Origin: Holophaga foetida DSM 6591
GTDB taxonomy: Bacteria; Acidobacteriota; Holophagae; Holophagales; Holophagaceae
Assembly: GCF_000242615.2 (NCBI RefSeq)
Contig: NZ_KI912269.1
Coordinates: 67,634 to 97,633 of the forward strand
Length of the DNA: 30,000 bases
Reading direction: 5' to 3'
A program made the position numbers and the translations under genes. Below are positions 17,588 to 26,254 of the stretch, piece by piece. Position 1 is the stretch's first letter, and each line of letters begins with the position of its first letter. The notes beneath the pieces were generated by a model. It worked only from the letters and a program-made list of their open reading frames with translations. It did no database searches and had not been told where the DNA came from.

Positions 17588-18787
17588 TCAGGCCTGGGCC
17601 TTGACCTTCCTGAACTCCTCGATCATCACAGGCACGACTTCCAGGGCATCACCCACGACACCGTAGGTGGCGATATCGAAGATCGGCGCATGGGCATCCT
17701 TGTTGACGGCGATGATGATGTCCGAGGAGGACATGCCCGCCACGTGCTGGATGGCACCGGAGATGCCCACGGCGAAGTAGATCTTGGGGCCGACGGTCTT
17801 GCCGGTCTGGCCCACCTGGTGCATGGAGGGCAGCCAACCGGCGTCCACGGCGGCGCGGGAGGCGCCCACGGCACCGCCCAGGACCTCGGCAAGCTCCTCC
17901 AGCAGGGCGAAGTTCTCGGCCTTCTTCATGCCGCGACCGCCGGAGACGATGATCTCTGCCTCCTCAAGGTTGCAGGCGGCCCCGGCCAGCTTGATGACTT
18001 CCACCAGCCGAGTGCGGATGTCGGCAGCCTTGGCCTTGCTGGCCACCCGGATCACTTCGCCGGCACGACTGTAGTCCGCAACGGGCTTCTTGAACACGGA
18101 GGGGCGGACGGTGCCCATCTGGGGACGGTGCTCGGGGCAGAGGATCGTCGCCATGATGTTGCCGCCGAAGGCGGGACGGGTCCAGGCCACGAGGCCGGTG
18201 GCCTCGTCGATGCCAAGGTCCGTGCAATCGGCCGTAAGGCCGGTGTGGACGCGGCAGGCCACCCGTGCACCGAAGTCCCGACCATCGTTGGTGGCACCCA
18301 TCAGGACCACCGAAGGACGGTAAGTATTGATGAGATCCGTCATGGTGATGGTGTAGCCATCGGTGTTGTAGTGCTTCAGTTCGGGGGCCTCCACCAGGTA
18401 GACCTGATCAACGCCGTAGGCGAAGGCCTCCTTCGCCAGATCCGCCACACCGTCGCCGATAATGACGGCGGCCAGCTTCTGCTTCATGGCATCCGCCAGC
18501 TTGCGGCCTTCCCCGATGAGCTCCAAGCCGACATTACGGGGCTGCCCCTCGGCGATCTCCAGGTAGACCCAGACATCCTTGTAGGCATCCTTGTCGATGG
18601 CGACGGTCTTCTCTTCGGCCTCACGGACGATGGCCTGCACGGGGCAGGTGTCCACGCAGGCGCCGCACTGGGTGCAAGCGTCGCCGATCACAGCCTTGTC
18701 CATGTTCATGGAGATGGCATCAAAAGGGCATGCGCTCACACAGGCGGAGCAGCCCACACACTGATCTTCAATTACCTTCACAGCCAT
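17588..18787 (-). CDS. etfA: Electron transfer flavoprotein alpha subunit with an N-terminal 2x[4Fe-4S] ferredoxin domain
   Basis: The N-terminus carries '[16 protein letters not shown]' and '[16 protein letters not shown]'. The EtfA body follows, with C-terminal FAD motifs 'VSGGRGM', '[11 protein letters not shown]' and '[25 protein letters not shown]'. Confidence 0.88.
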   Translation of the reverse strand: MAVKVIEDQCVGCSACVSACPFDAISMNMDKAVIGDACTQCGACVDTCPVQAIVREAEEKTVAIDKDAYKDVWVYLEIAEGQPRNVGLELIGEGRKLADAMKQKLAAVIIGDGVADLAKEAFAYGVDQVYLVEAPELKHYNTDGYTITMTDLINTYRPSVVLMGATNDGRDFGARVACRVHTGLTADCTDLGIDEATGLVAWTRPAFGGNIMATILCPEHRPQMGTVRPSVFKKPVADYSRAGEVIRVASKAKAADIRTRLVEVIKLAGAACNLEEAEIIVSGGRGMKKAENFALLEELAEVLGGAVGASRAAVDAGWLPSMHQVGQTGKTVGPKIYFAVGISGAIQHVAGMSSSDIIIAVNKDAHAPIFDIATYGVVGDALEVVPVMIEEFRKVKAQA

Positions 18788-18803
18788 AATCTGGATCCCT
18801 TTT

Positions 18804-19589
18804 CTACACGATTTTCGCGTCGGCGAGTTTCTGCATCAGCTCGGAAACGGATTCCCGGGCCGTAGCCTTCTGGATCTTCACGCCATCGGTGCGCTTGGAG
18901 GGGGAGAAGATCTTCCGAACCTGGGTGGGGGAACCCTTGAGCCCCAGCTTGGTCTCGTCCACGGCCAGGTCCTGGGCCGTCAAGGTCTGGATATTGGACC
19001 GCAGGGCCCGGAGCACCCCCTTGCAGGAGCTGTAGCGGGGTTCGTTAATGGTCTTCACAACCGTGACCACCATCGGGAACTGACCCTCGACGACCTCGTG
19101 GCACTCCTCATGCTCACGTTGGGCGCGGACGGTGCTGCCGTTCACCTCCAGCTTGCACACATAGGTGAGCTGGGCGATGCCAAGGTGCTCGGCCATCTCG
19201 GGGCCCACCTGGGCAGTGTCGCCGTCGATGGCCTGCTTGCCGCAGATGATGAGATCGAAATGCCCGAGCTTGCGGACGGCGGCGGCCAGGGTGTAGCTGG
19301 TGGCCAGGGTATCCGCGCCACCGAAGGCACGGTCACTGACCAGGACAGCCTCATCGGCGCCCATGGACAGGCACTCCTTGAGGGCTTCCTTGGCCTGGGC
19401 GGGCCCCATGGAAAGCACCGTCACCTTGCCACCATGCTGCTCCTTTAGCTGAAGGGCCGTCTCCAGGGCGTTCTTGTCGAAAGGGTTCACGATGCTCGGC
19501 ACGCCCTGGCGGATCAGGGTGTTGGTCACGGGGTCGATCTTGACCTCGGTGGTGTCGGGCACCTGTTTGATGCACACAATGATATTCAT
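18804..19589 (-). CDS. etfB: Electron transfer flavoprotein beta subunit
   Basis: 'MNIIVCIKQVPDT' is the canonical EtfB N-terminus. The ATG at 19589 lies 11 nt downstream of GGGAGG. The track start at 19598 is a TTG only 2 nt from that RBS. Confidence 0.88.
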   Translation of the reverse strand: MNIIVCIKQVPDTTEVKIDPVTNTLIRQGVPSIVNPFDKNALETALQLKEQHGGKVTVLSMGPAQAKEALKECLSMGADEAVLVSDRAFGGADTLATSYTLAAAVRKLGHFDLIICGKQAIDGDTAQVGPEMAEHLGIAQLTYVCKLEVNGSTVRAQREHEECHEVVEGQFPMVVTVVKTINEPRYSSCKGVLRALRSNIQTLTAQDLAVDETKLGLKGSPTQVRKIFSPSKRTDGVKIQKATARESVSELMQKLADAKIV

Positions 19590-19638
19590 TTGATCCAATG
19601 CCTCCCAGATTGCATGTCTTGGCTTGTATTTAAACGAA

Positions 19639-20769
19639 CTACTTTAACAGATTACCGGCAATCACGATCCGCTGGATCTGGTTGGTGCCTTCGAAGATCT
19701 GGTGGACCTTGGCGTCCCGCATGAGCTTCTCCACAGGGTACTCGCGACTGTAGCCGTACCCGCCGAAGATCTGCACGGCGTCGGTGGTGACCTCCATGGC
19801 GATGTCGGTGGTGAATTTCTTGGCCATGGCAGCCTGCTTGCCGTAGGGCCTGCCGTTCTGCTTGAGCCAGGCGGCCTGGTAGGTCAGGAGACGGGCGGCC
19901 TCCACCTTGGTGGCCATGTCAGCCAGCATAAAAGAGACGCCCTGGTTGGCCGCGATGGGCTTGCCGAACTGGCAGCGCTCCTTGGCGTACTTGATGGAGT
20001 GCTCCAGGGCGGCCTGGGCGATGCCCAGGGCCTGGGCAGCGCACCCAATGCGGCCCACATCCAGAGTCTGCATGCAGTATTTGAAGGCCTCTCCCTCCTT
20101 GCCCAGAAGGTTGGCCTTGGGCACCCGCACATCCTGGAGGATGATCTCGGTGGTGACGGCGGAACGAAGGCCCATCTTGTGCTCCTTCTTGCCCATGGTG
20201 AAGCCGGGGGTGTCTTTCTCCACGATGAAGCAGCTGAGGCCCTTGAGCCCCTTGCTGCGATCCGTCACCGCGATCACCAGGTAGATGTCGGCATAGTTGC
20301 TGATGAAGCACTTGCTGCCATTGATCACCCACTGGTCCCCTTCGAGCACCGCAGTGGTCTGCTGGGCGGAGGCATCGCTGCCGGCGCCGGGCTCGGTGAG
20401 GGCGAAACCGCCGAGGGCCGTGCCCTCCACCAAGGGGCGCAGGTATTTCTGCTTCTGCTCCTCAGTGCCATAGGAGTGGATGGGGAAGCCTCCCAGCCCG
20501 CCACCGCCGATGGCGATGCAGAGGGACACATCCACCCGGGCGATCTCCTCCGTGGCGATGATGTAGCTCAGGTAGTCGCCCCCGGATCCGCCGTACTGGT
20601 CCTGGTAGTGGATGCCCTGAAAGCCGTAGCTGGCGACTTTGTCGAAGAGGGCGCGATCGAAGCGTTCCTCCTCGTCCCGCTCCTGGACGCTGGGTGCGAT
20701 GTAGGTCTCGGCGACCTGCCTCGCGAGCTTCTGGATCATCTTGTTTTCTTCGGACAATTCGAATTGCAT
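19639..20769 (-). CDS. Acyl-CoA dehydrogenase (short-chain/butyryl-CoA dehydrogenase-like)
   Basis: The protein is about 376 aa and matches the ACAD fold along its whole length: 'FALTEPGAGSDA', 'WVINGSKCFISN', 'QIFGGYGYSREYPVEKLMRDAKVHQIFEGTNQIQR'. ATG 20769 has AGGAG 9 nt upstream. Confidence 0.88.
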   Translation of the reverse strand: MQFELSEENKMIQKLARQVAETYIAPSVQERDEEERFDRALFDKVASYGFQGIHYQDQYGGSGGDYLSYIIATEEIARVDVSLCIAIGGGGLGGFPIHSYGTEEQKQKYLRPLVEGTALGGFALTEPGAGSDASAQQTTAVLEGDQWVINGSKCFISNYADIYLVIAVTDRSKGLKGLSCFIVEKDTPGFTMGKKEHKMGLRSAVTTEIILQDVRVPKANLLGKEGEAFKYCMQTLDVGRIGCAAQALGIAQAALEHSIKYAKERCQFGKPIAANQGVSFMLADMATKVEAARLLTYQAAWLKQNGRPYGKQAAMAKKFTTDIAMEVTTDAVQIFGGYGYSREYPVEKLMRDAKVHQIFEGTNQIQRIVIAGNLLK

Positions 20770-20839
20770 CAGCAAATTCTCCTAGCAGATACCAGCATGT
20801 CCACTCGACATGCCTTCAGGGTTTACCTTTGGGAATGGG

Positions 20840-22420
20840 TCAGGCGATCATCTCGACGCCGTTCTTGATGAGGCGCTCCAGCTCACCCCACTTGGGCTGA
20901 AAGATCTCACTGGGCATGAGCTTGAGGTCGGGTGCGATACGGGGCTTGAAGGCCATCAGCCGCAGAATGTCCCTTTCGATATCCACACCCGGGGCGATCT
21001 CGATGAGGACCAGTTCGCCCTTCTCGAGCCTGAACACAGCCCGTTCTGTCACGTAGAGCACGGGCTGGCCGATCCGGGAGGCGTATCTTCCGCTGAAGGT
21101 GATCTGCTCCACCTCCTTGAAGAACTTGGTGTTCTTCCCTTCCTGGAGGATGGAGAGTCTGCCGTTCTTGGCCTCGATCTCGAGCCCACCAGCCGTGAAG
21201 GAACCGCAGTAGACGATCTTCTTGGAATTCTGAGTGATGTTGATGAAGCCGCCACACCCGTTGGGACGCCCCTTGAACTTGCTGACGTTCACATTGCCGA
21301 CCTGATCTGCCTGGGCAAAGCCCAGGAATGCCACATCCAGGCCACCGCCATCGTAGAAGTCGAACTGGGCGTGGTGCTCAACGATGGCCTCGGCGTTGTA
21401 GGCATGGCCGAAGTTGGGTTGGCTTGCGGGCACTCCGCCGATGCCCCCCCCTTCCGTGGTGAGGGTCATCAGGTCGCTGACGCCCTCCTCGGCAGCGACC
21501 GAAGCAATATCCGTGGGCATGCCGATCCCGAGGTTGACCACATCCCCCTCGGAGAGTTCCATGGCGGCGCGGCGCGAAATGATCTTGCGCTCGTCCAGGG
21601 GAAGTTCCGGCAGGGTCCCCAAGGGGACCTTGATGTCTCCCGCAAAGGCCGGGTTGTAGTACAGCCCCTCGGTCTGCCAGCAGTTGTCCTGGGAATCGGC
21701 CACGACAATGTGGTCCACAAGGATGCCGGGAACCCGGACATCCTTGGGGTTGAGGGTCCCGTTCTTGACCAGGTGCTCGACCTGGGCGATGACAATACCC
21801 CCGGAGTTCTTGGCCGCCTGGGCCAGAGGCAGGGCCTCCAGCAGCATCCCCTCCTTGTCCATGGTGATGTTGCCGTTCTCGTCAGCACAGGTGCCCCGGA
21901 TCAGGGCCACGTTCACCGGAGAGGACTTGTAGAAGAGGTATTCCTCGCCCTCAAACTGGACCACCTTGACCAGATCCTCGACAGCGGCGGCGTTCATCTT
22001 GCCGCCCTCCACCCTGGGGTCCACAAAGGTTCCGAGCCCCACCTTGGTGATGAGGCCGGGGCGCTTGGCGGCAATCTCGCGCCAAAGCTGGATGATCACT
22101 CCCTGGGGCAGACAGTAGCTCTCCAGCTTGTTCTCCATCAGCAGGCGGGAGAGCCCGGCCGCGGACCCGAGAAAGCCCCCTATCCATCGCTTGACCAGGC
22201 CTTCTCTCCCGAAGCGGGTGATGCCCCGCGCCTTCCAGTCGCCCACCCCGGACCCATGGATCAACGTGATCCCCCTGGGATGGGATTCACCCAGGTAGCG
22301 CTGTTCGATGGCCTGGGCGACCTCCTCAGCCCAGCCAGCCAGCCCCATGGCGCTCACACCGACGGTAGCCCCGTCGGGGATGAGCCTTGCAGCCTGTTTA
22401 GCAGTCATCACTTTTTTCAT
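20840..22420 (-). CDS. Family I acyl-CoA:carboxylate CoA-transferase (YdiF / propionate CoA-transferase type)
   Basis: Colinear similarity, recalled from memory, to E. coli YdiF: 'GLGTFVDPR..GGK', 'EYLFYK', 'GGIVIAQVEHLV', 'FDFYDGGGLDVAFLGFAQ', 'ERAVFRLEKGELVLIEIAPGVD'. The candidate catalytic Glu sits in 'LTTEGGGIGG'. The start is ATG 22420 ('MKKVMTAKQ'). Confidence 0.88.
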   Translation of the reverse strand: MKKVMTAKQAARLIPDGATVGVSAMGLAGWAEEVAQAIEQRYLGESHPRGITLIHGSGVGDWKARGITRFGREGLVKRWIGGFLGSAAGLSRLLMENKLESYCLPQGVIIQLWREIAAKRPGLITKVGLGTFVDPRVEGGKMNAAAVEDLVKVVQFEGEEYLFYKSSPVNVALIRGTCADENGNITMDKEGMLLEALPLAQAAKNSGGIVIAQVEHLVKNGTLNPKDVRVPGILVDHIVVADSQDNCWQTEGLYYNPAFAGDIKVPLGTLPELPLDERKIISRRAAMELSEGDVVNLGIGMPTDIASVAAEEGVSDLMTLTTEGGGIGGVPASQPNFGHAYNAEAIVEHHAQFDFYDGGGLDVAFLGFAQADQVGNVNVSKFKGRPNGCGGFINITQNSKKIVYCGSFTAGGLEIEAKNGRLSILQEGKNTKFFKEVEQITFSGRYASRIGQPVLYVTERAVFRLEKGELVLIEIAPGVDIERDILRLMAFKPRIAPDLKLMPSEIFQPKWGELERLIKNGVEMIA

Positions 22421-22633
22421 ACAAACCCCTTTGCATGTCCAAGCCAAGCGATCGCCAGAACAATTGGTTGATATCTATTTATTTAATAACAAAGGCGACA
22501 CACGGTCATCCTTGCCTATAGCGAAGTGGACAAACGGCTTAGCCCCAACAACCCAAAAGAGGACTAAATCTCCATAGATCGCCCACAAGATGCCCAAACC
22601 ATGCAAAAGCGGCTAACAAAAACCACTTGTAAA

Positions 22634-22649
22634 CGTGATAAAAATCACG
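22634..22649. promoter_or_regulatory. CRP/FNR-family-type palindromic operator candidate
   Basis: CGTGAT-aaaa-ATCACG, with perfect 6-bp arms. The core GTGAT-N4-ATCAC equals the E. coli CRP consensus core. It lies in the AT-rich divergent spacer between the CoA-transferase operon and tsaD. Confidence 0.4.
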
Positions 22650-22823
22650 ATACTAAGGTTATCACATCCGGTCATCAAAAAAAGACATTGGCATTATCAT
22701 ATGTTCTCATTGCCGCCATCGATGGAATCGATGGCCTTGGCGACACCTTTGCGAATGAGGCCAATGCCGCTCCGGGAGGCTAGACTGGAAGGCCCGCCCG
22801 GGCGGAATGCAATAGGTGCCTGA

Positions 22824-23840
22824 ATGCTCCTTCTTGGTCTTGAATCATCCTGTGACGACTGCTCCGCCGCAGTCGTCGAGGAGACCCCTGCGGGCCCCCT
22901 CCTCCGTTCCATGATCCGCAGGAGCCAGGATGAACTTCATGGCCCTTACGGCGGGGTCGTACCGGAACTCGCCGCCCGGGACCACCTCCTGAACCTGGGG
23001 GGCGTAACCGCCGAGGCCCTGGCCCAGGCCGGGGTCCAACTCAAGGACCTGGACCGCGTGGCGGTCACCCAGGGCCCGGGACTTGTGGGCTCCCTGCTGA
23101 CCACCTTCAGTGCCTCCAAGGCCCTGGCCTGGCGAGCGGGCCTTCCATGGGTGGGAGTCCACCACCTCCTGGGACACCTCAACGCCGCCCGCTTCGGCGC
23201 ACCAGATCTGGAATTCCCGGCCCTGGTGATCCTGGTTTCTGGAGGACACACCCACCTCTACCGGGCCGAGAGCTGGACCCACCTCGAGCTCCTCCAGAAG
23301 ACCCGGGACGATGCAGCCGGGGAGGCCTTCGACAAGACCGCCCGCATGCTGAACCTGGGATATCCCGGCGGCCCCATCGTGGACCGCTGCGCCCAGCGGG
23401 CCGAGACGGCGGCCAAGCTCTTCACCCCCCCCAAGTTCCGGGACGGGAAGCCCTCCTGGAGCTTTTCCGGGCTGAAGACAGCCATGAAACTCCGCATCGC
23501 CAGCGATCCCGGGTTGGATGTGGCAGGGCCGGAGGATCCGCGGGTCCAGAGCCTCTGCCGCAGCCTCAACGAAACCGTGGCATCCTGGCTCCTGAAACCC
23601 TTGCCGGACTATGCCCAGGCCCACCGGGCCAGAAGCTTGGTCATTTCGGGTGGCGTCGCCTGCAACTCGGAATTGCGGAGCCAGGCCGCGAAAGTGGCCA
23701 AGCGTCTGGGCCTGCGCCTGGCCATCCCCGAACCGCGGCTCTGCACGGACAATGGTGCCATGATCGCCTCCGCTGGTGCCCTTCTCCCGCTGCCCGAATC
23801 CCCCTGGTCCACGAACGCGGATTCGGACCTGAAGCTCTAG
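22824..23840 (+). CDS. tsaD: tRNA N6-adenosine threonylcarbamoyltransferase
   Basis: 'LLLGLESSCDDCSAAVV' and 'HHLLGHL' (the metal-binding HxxxH region) are present, along with 'VSGGHTHL' and 'ISGGVACNSELR'. Confidence 0.92.
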   Translation: MLLLGLESSCDDCSAAVVEETPAGPLLRSMIRRSQDELHGPYGGVVPELAARDHLLNLGGVTAEALAQAGVQLKDLDRVAVTQGPGLVGSLLTTFSASKALAWRAGLPWVGVHHLLGHLNAARFGAPDLEFPALVILVSGGHTHLYRAESWTHLELLQKTRDDAAGEAFDKTARMLNLGYPGGPIVDRCAQRAETAAKLFTPPKFRDGKPSWSFSGLKTAMKLRIASDPGLDVAGPEDPRVQSLCRSLNETVASWLLKPLPDYAQAHRARSLVISGGVACNSELRSQAAKVAKRLGLRLAIPEPRLCTDNGAMIASAGALLPLPESPWSTNADSDLKL

Positions 23841-23850
23841 GAGTTTGACC

Positions 23851-24135
23851 ATGGAAGTCACCCGCGAGGATGTACAGCGCTGCGCCCTTCTTACCCACCT
23901 CAGCCTGGGAGAGGAAGAGATCGAGCCCATGCGCCGTGCGATGACCCAGCTTCTCAGCCACGCCAAGAGCCTCGACGCTCTCGACCTGGAAGGGATTGAG
24001 GCCACCACCCATGGTCAGGACCTGCCCCTACCCCGCCGGGGGGATGAACCCAGAGAGGGGCTCAGTCAGACCGAGGCCCTCGAAAATGCCCCTGCCCAGG
24101 AGCACGGCCATTTCCAGGTGCCCAAGGTGCTATAG
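23851..24135 (+). CDS. gatC: Asp/Glu-tRNA(Asn/Gln) amidotransferase subunit C
   Basis: The 94-aa protein begins 'MEVTREDVQRCALLTHLSLGEEEIEPM...LLSHAKSLDALDLEGIEAT'. AGGAG (23839-23843) lies 7 nt upstream of ATG 23851. Confidence 0.85.
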   Translation: MEVTREDVQRCALLTHLSLGEEEIEPMRRAMTQLLSHAKSLDALDLEGIEATTHGQDLPLPRRGDEPREGLSQTEALENAPAQEHGHFQVPKVL

Positions 24136-24576
24136 CGTCCGTATCCGCTGAGCGGCGGTCCGCAATGCATCCACGGATTTCGGATTCCAGCACCGCTGAG
24201 CCTCGTTTTCCAGTTCCTGAGCCAGGAGGGACCCGAAGCCTCCCTCGCCCCGCTGAGCCTTCAGGGCCAGTTCCGGCAGCCAAGTCGTATTGATCTGGTG
24301 GTAGTAGCGCTTGCGTCGGGGAAAATCCTCCAGGATGTCCTCGGCACCCTGATGGGAAAAGGCGAAGGCCCGGTAGCAGGCCTCCACCGCCAACCCCCGC
24401 TGCTTGCGGCGAACCGTATCCTGACCGATCCAGCGATGGGCCTGGGCCAAGCCCGGCAATCCGCCCTGTTCATTCCGCCACTCGTTCGATGAGAACCCCT
24501 CCGGGGCACTGTTTCCCCCGCAACCAGTCAGGACAGCCACGAGAAGGAGAGCGGGAATACGGCAAGAATAAAACAT
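24130..24576 (-). CDS. Hypothetical lipoprotein
   Basis: The signal peptide and lipobox read 'RIPALLLVAVLTGC|GGN'. The protein is 148 aa and I recognise no family. It converges on gatC with a 6-bp overlap. Confidence 0.6.
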   Translation of the reverse strand: MFYSCRIPALLLVAVLTGCGGNSAPEGFSSNEWRNEQGGLPGLAQAHRWIGQDTVRRKQRGLAVEACYRAFAFSHQGAEDILEDFPRRKRYYHQINTTWLPELALKAQRGEGGFGSLLAQELENEAQRCWNPKSVDALRTAAQRIRTL

Positions 24577-24631
24577 GAGACAGATCCACCAGCGAGCATC
24601 GCCATGAATCCATCTTAGGGATTCTGCACCC

Positions 24632-25303
24632 TCATTTGAAATAGGATTTATCAGCCCAGGCTTGCTTCACATAAGCCAGGATGGCTTCCGCAATGGCCTC
24701 CACAGTGTGGCGTTCGTTATTGAATACCCCATCGTAGTACGTGAGGTCCGCCACATTAGCGCCCAGGGACTCGCTGATGAATTTCTCCCTGTTACGGGAG
24801 TTGGTTCGCACCAGTTCACAGGCTTCCTCCTCAGGAAGACACAGCCTGGCCGCGATGGAATGGATCCGCCACTGCAGGCTGGCTTCCAGGCGGAAGTGGT
24901 AGCAGTTCTTCAGTGAGTGGCAGAGGATCGATCCGCCGCGCCCCACGATGACGGCGTTCCCCACGGCCGCTATCTCCACGAGATGCTTGGCGACCTTTTC
25001 GAAGGCCTTGTCATGAGTGACGTGATCCGCAGCGTTCAGCCCCAGGGATTCCAGGAGCCGGGTTGTGTCACCGAGATTCCGGAGAAGCCGCAGAGAAATC
25101 CCTTCATCCTGGGCCACCCTTTCCAGCAGAGCCTTGTCCAGGATGTTCCAGGGCTCCCCGGACGCATTTTCGAGCAGATCCTTGAGGCGCTCGGCCAGAG
25201 GAAAGCCCTCGCACCCGAATTCCCGGGAGAGAGTAATGGTGGGGCGGAACCTCTTCTCGTGCAGATGCCGAGCGCCCTCTTGGATCCTGGCCCATCCGGC
25301 CAA
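24632..25303 (-). CDS. Cytidylate kinase-like family protein (PF13189-like)
   Basis: The N-terminus 'ITLSREFGCEGFPLAERL' and the overall size of about 220 aa resemble the 'cytidylate kinase-like' AAA family (from memory). The start is TTG at 25303, and no in-frame ATG is available. Confidence 0.65.
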   Translation of the reverse strand: MAGWARIQEGARHLHEKRFRPTITLSREFGCEGFPLAERLKDLLENASGEPWNILDKALLERVAQDEGISLRLLRNLGDTTRLLESLGLNAADHVTHDKAFEKVAKHLVEIAAVGNAVIVGRGGSILCHSLKNCYHFRLEASLQWRIHSIAARLCLPEEEACELVRTNSRNREKFISESLGANVADLTYYDGVFNNERHTVEAIAEAILAYVKQAWADKSYFK

Positions 25304-25343
25304 CCGGATCTCGACGCTCGGGGGAAGGGATGAGAGGGGCTTA

Positions 25344-26254
25344 GAACTTATCCTTAAATTACTCCAGCCTTTCTCCAGCAGATTACGGCTGCCGCCAAGT
25401 GCAGGAGGGCGACAAAGCTGGCAACGGTCTTCTCAAACCTGACCAACAGCTTTCGGAACCGCTTGAACCAGGAGTGGGCGACTTCAACCACCCAGCGCCG
25501 GGGGCGGTGGTCAGGATCGTTCAGGATGATCGTCCGCTCTTCCTCGGCCACCGGCACGTGCGGCGCATAGTTCCGATCCCACATGGCTTCGTTGGCCGGC
25601 ATGCCGCGATACCCCTTGTCAGCACAGAGGTGAATCACCTGGTCGGGTCGCATTTCCGGCACCACCAGAGCATCCAAAAGGGGCTCAAGCTGGGTCACAT
25701 CATGCCGGTTGGCGCCGCACACGACGAGAGACAGCGGGGCCCCACGCCCGTCCACCAGCAGGCTGACCTTGCTTCCATTTTTTCCCCCGATCCGTTGGGT
25801 TCGGCCCCACGGCTTCCTGGGCGAGCGGAGCCTTTCCTTGGCTCCCATCAATACTCAGCCACTCCCAAGCGATCCCTTCCATCTCGTCATATTCAGCCAG
25901 CCCTGCTCGCCAAAGCTCGGTAAAGAAACCAGCCCTGTGCCACTTCTGGAAGTAGGTATGGATGGCGCTTGGGCTTCCATAGATGTCTTTTGGCAAGGCC
26001 TTCCACTGGATGCCGGTCCGGAGCACATAGACGATTGCCTCGAAGACCTTGCGGGGGTCCATCGGGGGGCGCCCAGCTCCAGCTTTCCGTTGATAGGTTT
26101 TCCCTGGGTCTCTTTGGGGGGATGGAATCAAGGTTGCAGCCTTTTCCCAGAACGCATCGGAGACCTCCCAAGCCTTGATCTTTCCCATGCATCCTCCCTG
26201 GGAAATGATCGCATTGGGCGGCCTCGAATGGGAGCGTTATTTACGGATATGCTC
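25344..26254 (-). mobile_element. IS5-family insertion sequence (IS427/IS1031-like), 911 bp, with imperfect terminal inverted repeats and a 3-bp TTA target-site duplication
   Basis: The left end is GAACTTATCCTTAAATTAC..TCC (25344-25365). The reverse complement of the right end is GAGCATATCCGTAAATAACGCTCC (26231-26254). TTA flanks the element at 25341-25343 and 26255-26257. Internally it carries a two-frame DDE transposase. Confidence 0.8.
25354..26188 (-). CDS. IS5-family DDE transposase encoded in two overlapping frames (orfA from 26188; orfB ending at 25354)
   Basis: orfA reads 'RPPMDPRKVFEAIVYVLRTGIQWKALP...YFQKWHRAGFF...GPNPTDRGKK'. orfB reads 'GSKVSLLVDGRGAPLSLVVCGANRHDV...LCADKGYRG...RWVVEVAHSWFKRFRKLLVRFEK'. 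The frames switch at the A6 run (complement of 25778-25783), and orfB is in the +1 frame relative to orfA. Confidence 0.78.

Noticed and set aside
22442-22457. Sigma-54-like element on the minus strand, TGGCGA-TCGCT-TGGCT, with GG and GC at the correct spacing upstream of the CoA-transferase gene
   Set aside because: The -12 half is imperfect (TGGC rather than TTGC). The implied TSS would leave a leader of only about 11 nt that starts inside the RBS. No enhancer-binding protein is encoded nearby. I record it as a possibility only.
22718-22734. Tandem ATCGATGG repeat, with the same octamer just upstream of the hydB start (4753-4760), considered as a shared regulatory motif
   Set aside because: The same octamer also occurs inside coding regions (e.g. 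10319-10326 and 13582-13589). Its recurrence is therefore compatible with chance or codon usage (Ile-Asp-Gly), not a specific operator.
22697-22912. 71-aa minus-strand ORF ('...GIGLIRKGVAKAIDSIDGGNENI'), plus 60-62-aa plus-strand ORFs in the tsaD upstream spacer
   Set aside because: The 71-aa ORF overlaps the well-supported tsaD start. None of these ORFs has an RBS, a recognisable motif or consistent codon bias.
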